This document shows positions 63,001 to 64,000 of a DNA stretch of 64,000 nucleotides, piece after piece. The stretch spans positions 12,710,520 through 12,774,519 of the forward strand of contig CM082578.2 of assembly GCA_040954595.2 (NCBI GenBank), in the 5' to 3' direction. Origin of the DNA: Balanoglossus misakiensis (lineage: Eukaryota > Animalia > Hemichordata). A program made the position numbers and the translations under genes. The notes under the pieces were generated by a model. The model had not been told where the DNA came from, searched no databases, and was given only the letters and a program-made list of their open reading frames with translations. Numbering within the stretch: the first letter of the stretch is position 1; each line of letters starts with the position of its first letter.

Positions 63001-64000
63001 CGGGCCTCCTGTAGCAAATAACAGTTTTATTTACACATTTGATGAGCCTGGTAGCTACTATGTCACTTCCCAAGGCAGTCCCGGGAGTGTTGGTACTATC
63101 AATATCTTGGACAGAGGTGTGTGAGCCTGTTCTTTCAGGAGTACTGGTATGAGTTTGAAAATGTAGCTGTTCACCAGTCACATGACAGCAGTACATATGA
63201 AAACCACATGCACGAATTTAGCTATTCTTGTGTGATATTTTACAATCAGTAATCTGGTGGGGTGATATCCCAATTACAAGATGATCGAGGTACCCACCAC
63301 TTCCTGCTATGAGAAATAAAACACCTCTCTCTAAAGGACTCATCATTCTGGGCCATGCTTTTGCCTTGAACTTGCCGTTCCCTTGACAGTGCACCTGGGT
63401 ACCCTGGTCAGTTGGCCTTGATAAGGCAAATGTGTTGTTTGTATACCAGTGACTATTCCAGGTCAGGGTACTAAAGTCACTGCATGATTATACTGCTTTT
63501 ATCCCCACCCCCTCTCCTAAATTCTCTTTGCATTGTACCTATTTGACCTTTGACTCTTTCTCTTCTCCACAGACCAGTTCAAGTTGACAGCCATGCCCCT
63601 CATCACGACAGAAGTGAACGGTGGCACGGTGGAGAAATGCCACACAATAAAGTTACAGTGTAACACTGAAAACAGTACCATCTTTTACACTCTGGATGGT
63701 TCCAATCCAGAATATCACGGCCCGTCCACAAAGGTAAATAAATCTACGCAGTTTACAGTAAACCCTTATATCGCAAATTGATGTATTATACAGTCTTGCA
63801 ATCAGAATTGCATAAAACTGCTTTGTTTCACTGGTATTCATTGAATGTCAGCTTTACTCATACTTGATCATAATATCAAATGTTTTACTTTGATAGGTTT
63901 ACAAATCCAATAAAGGTATTATACTACGAACCTCTGGATTGCATGTCATCAGAGCCATGGCAACCAGTGAAGATGCTTTGAATAGCAAGATATTCACATC
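54075..64000 (+). CDS. Uncharacterised protein: N-myristoylation motif, 7 plastocyanin/cupredoxin-like repeats, chitobiase-C/Fn3-associated domain; 3'-truncated by the window (>846 aa)
   Basis: Exons: 54075-54186, 54367-54446, 54569-54622, 54806-54924, 55244-55316, 55423-55571, 55771-55815, 56669-56852, 58161-58267, 58415-58572, 58947-59029, 59318-59372, 59621-59778, 60377-60493, 60663-60775, 60883-60934, 61258-61433, 61864-61948, 62514-62630, 62879-63116, 63573-63733, 63897-64000. All introns are GT-AG, phases are consistent and there are no stops. The ATG is in ACCATGG context with an in-frame TGA five codons upstream. Repeated pattern V-x-(V/I)-T-x-x-G-F-x-P...G-D-x-V-W-W-x-W...H-N-(I/V)...F-x-x-x-G-x-Y-Y. 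The last domain contains IFYTLDGSNP...IRAMA. Confidence 0.88.
60041..60220. repeat. (CAGTA)32(CAATA)4 pentanucleotide microsatellite
   Basis: Directly visible and intronic. It generates the spurious LYCTV and QYSTV ORFs. Confidence 0.98.

Noticed and set aside
54075-63116. Calling the repeat protein a multicopper oxidase or ceruloplasmin/hephaestin
   Set aside because: It has no signal peptide and no HxH or HCH trinuclear-site motifs, and the repeats are plastocyanin-sized (~100 aa).

Overview
Intron-rich animal genomic DNA, probably a marine invertebrate (a deuterostome such as a hemichordate is a guess, not established). The ORF track is mostly exon fragments and noise, so I assembled gene models by hand from splice sites and reading-frame phase. 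In order: (1) the last 24 codons of a + strand ABCC/SUR gene (1-74), tail-to-tail with (2) a complete 30-exon SUR-like ABCC8/9 transporter (-, 847-11440, ~1551 aa); (3) importin-9 (-, 12594-20532, 23 exons, 1041 aa); (4) a ~2 kb segment bounded by inverted repeats just upstream of IPO9; (5, 6) two tandem SSUH2-like genes (+, 24116-27708 and 29915-33347) with different CaaX boxes; (7) MFSD5 (-, start 43006) with two in-frame alternative last exons; (8) a near-perfect 590 bp foldback element (45704-46293); (9) an unnamed + strand gene (ATG 54075, running off the window end). Gene 9 encodes a predicted N-myristoylated protein with seven tandem plastocyanin-like repeats that lack complete copper ligand sets, followed by a chitobiase-C/Fn3-associated domain, and its locus carries RFX X-box motifs. 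It is the best candidate for an undescribed system. Exon coordinates are hand-counted and unverified by transcript data.
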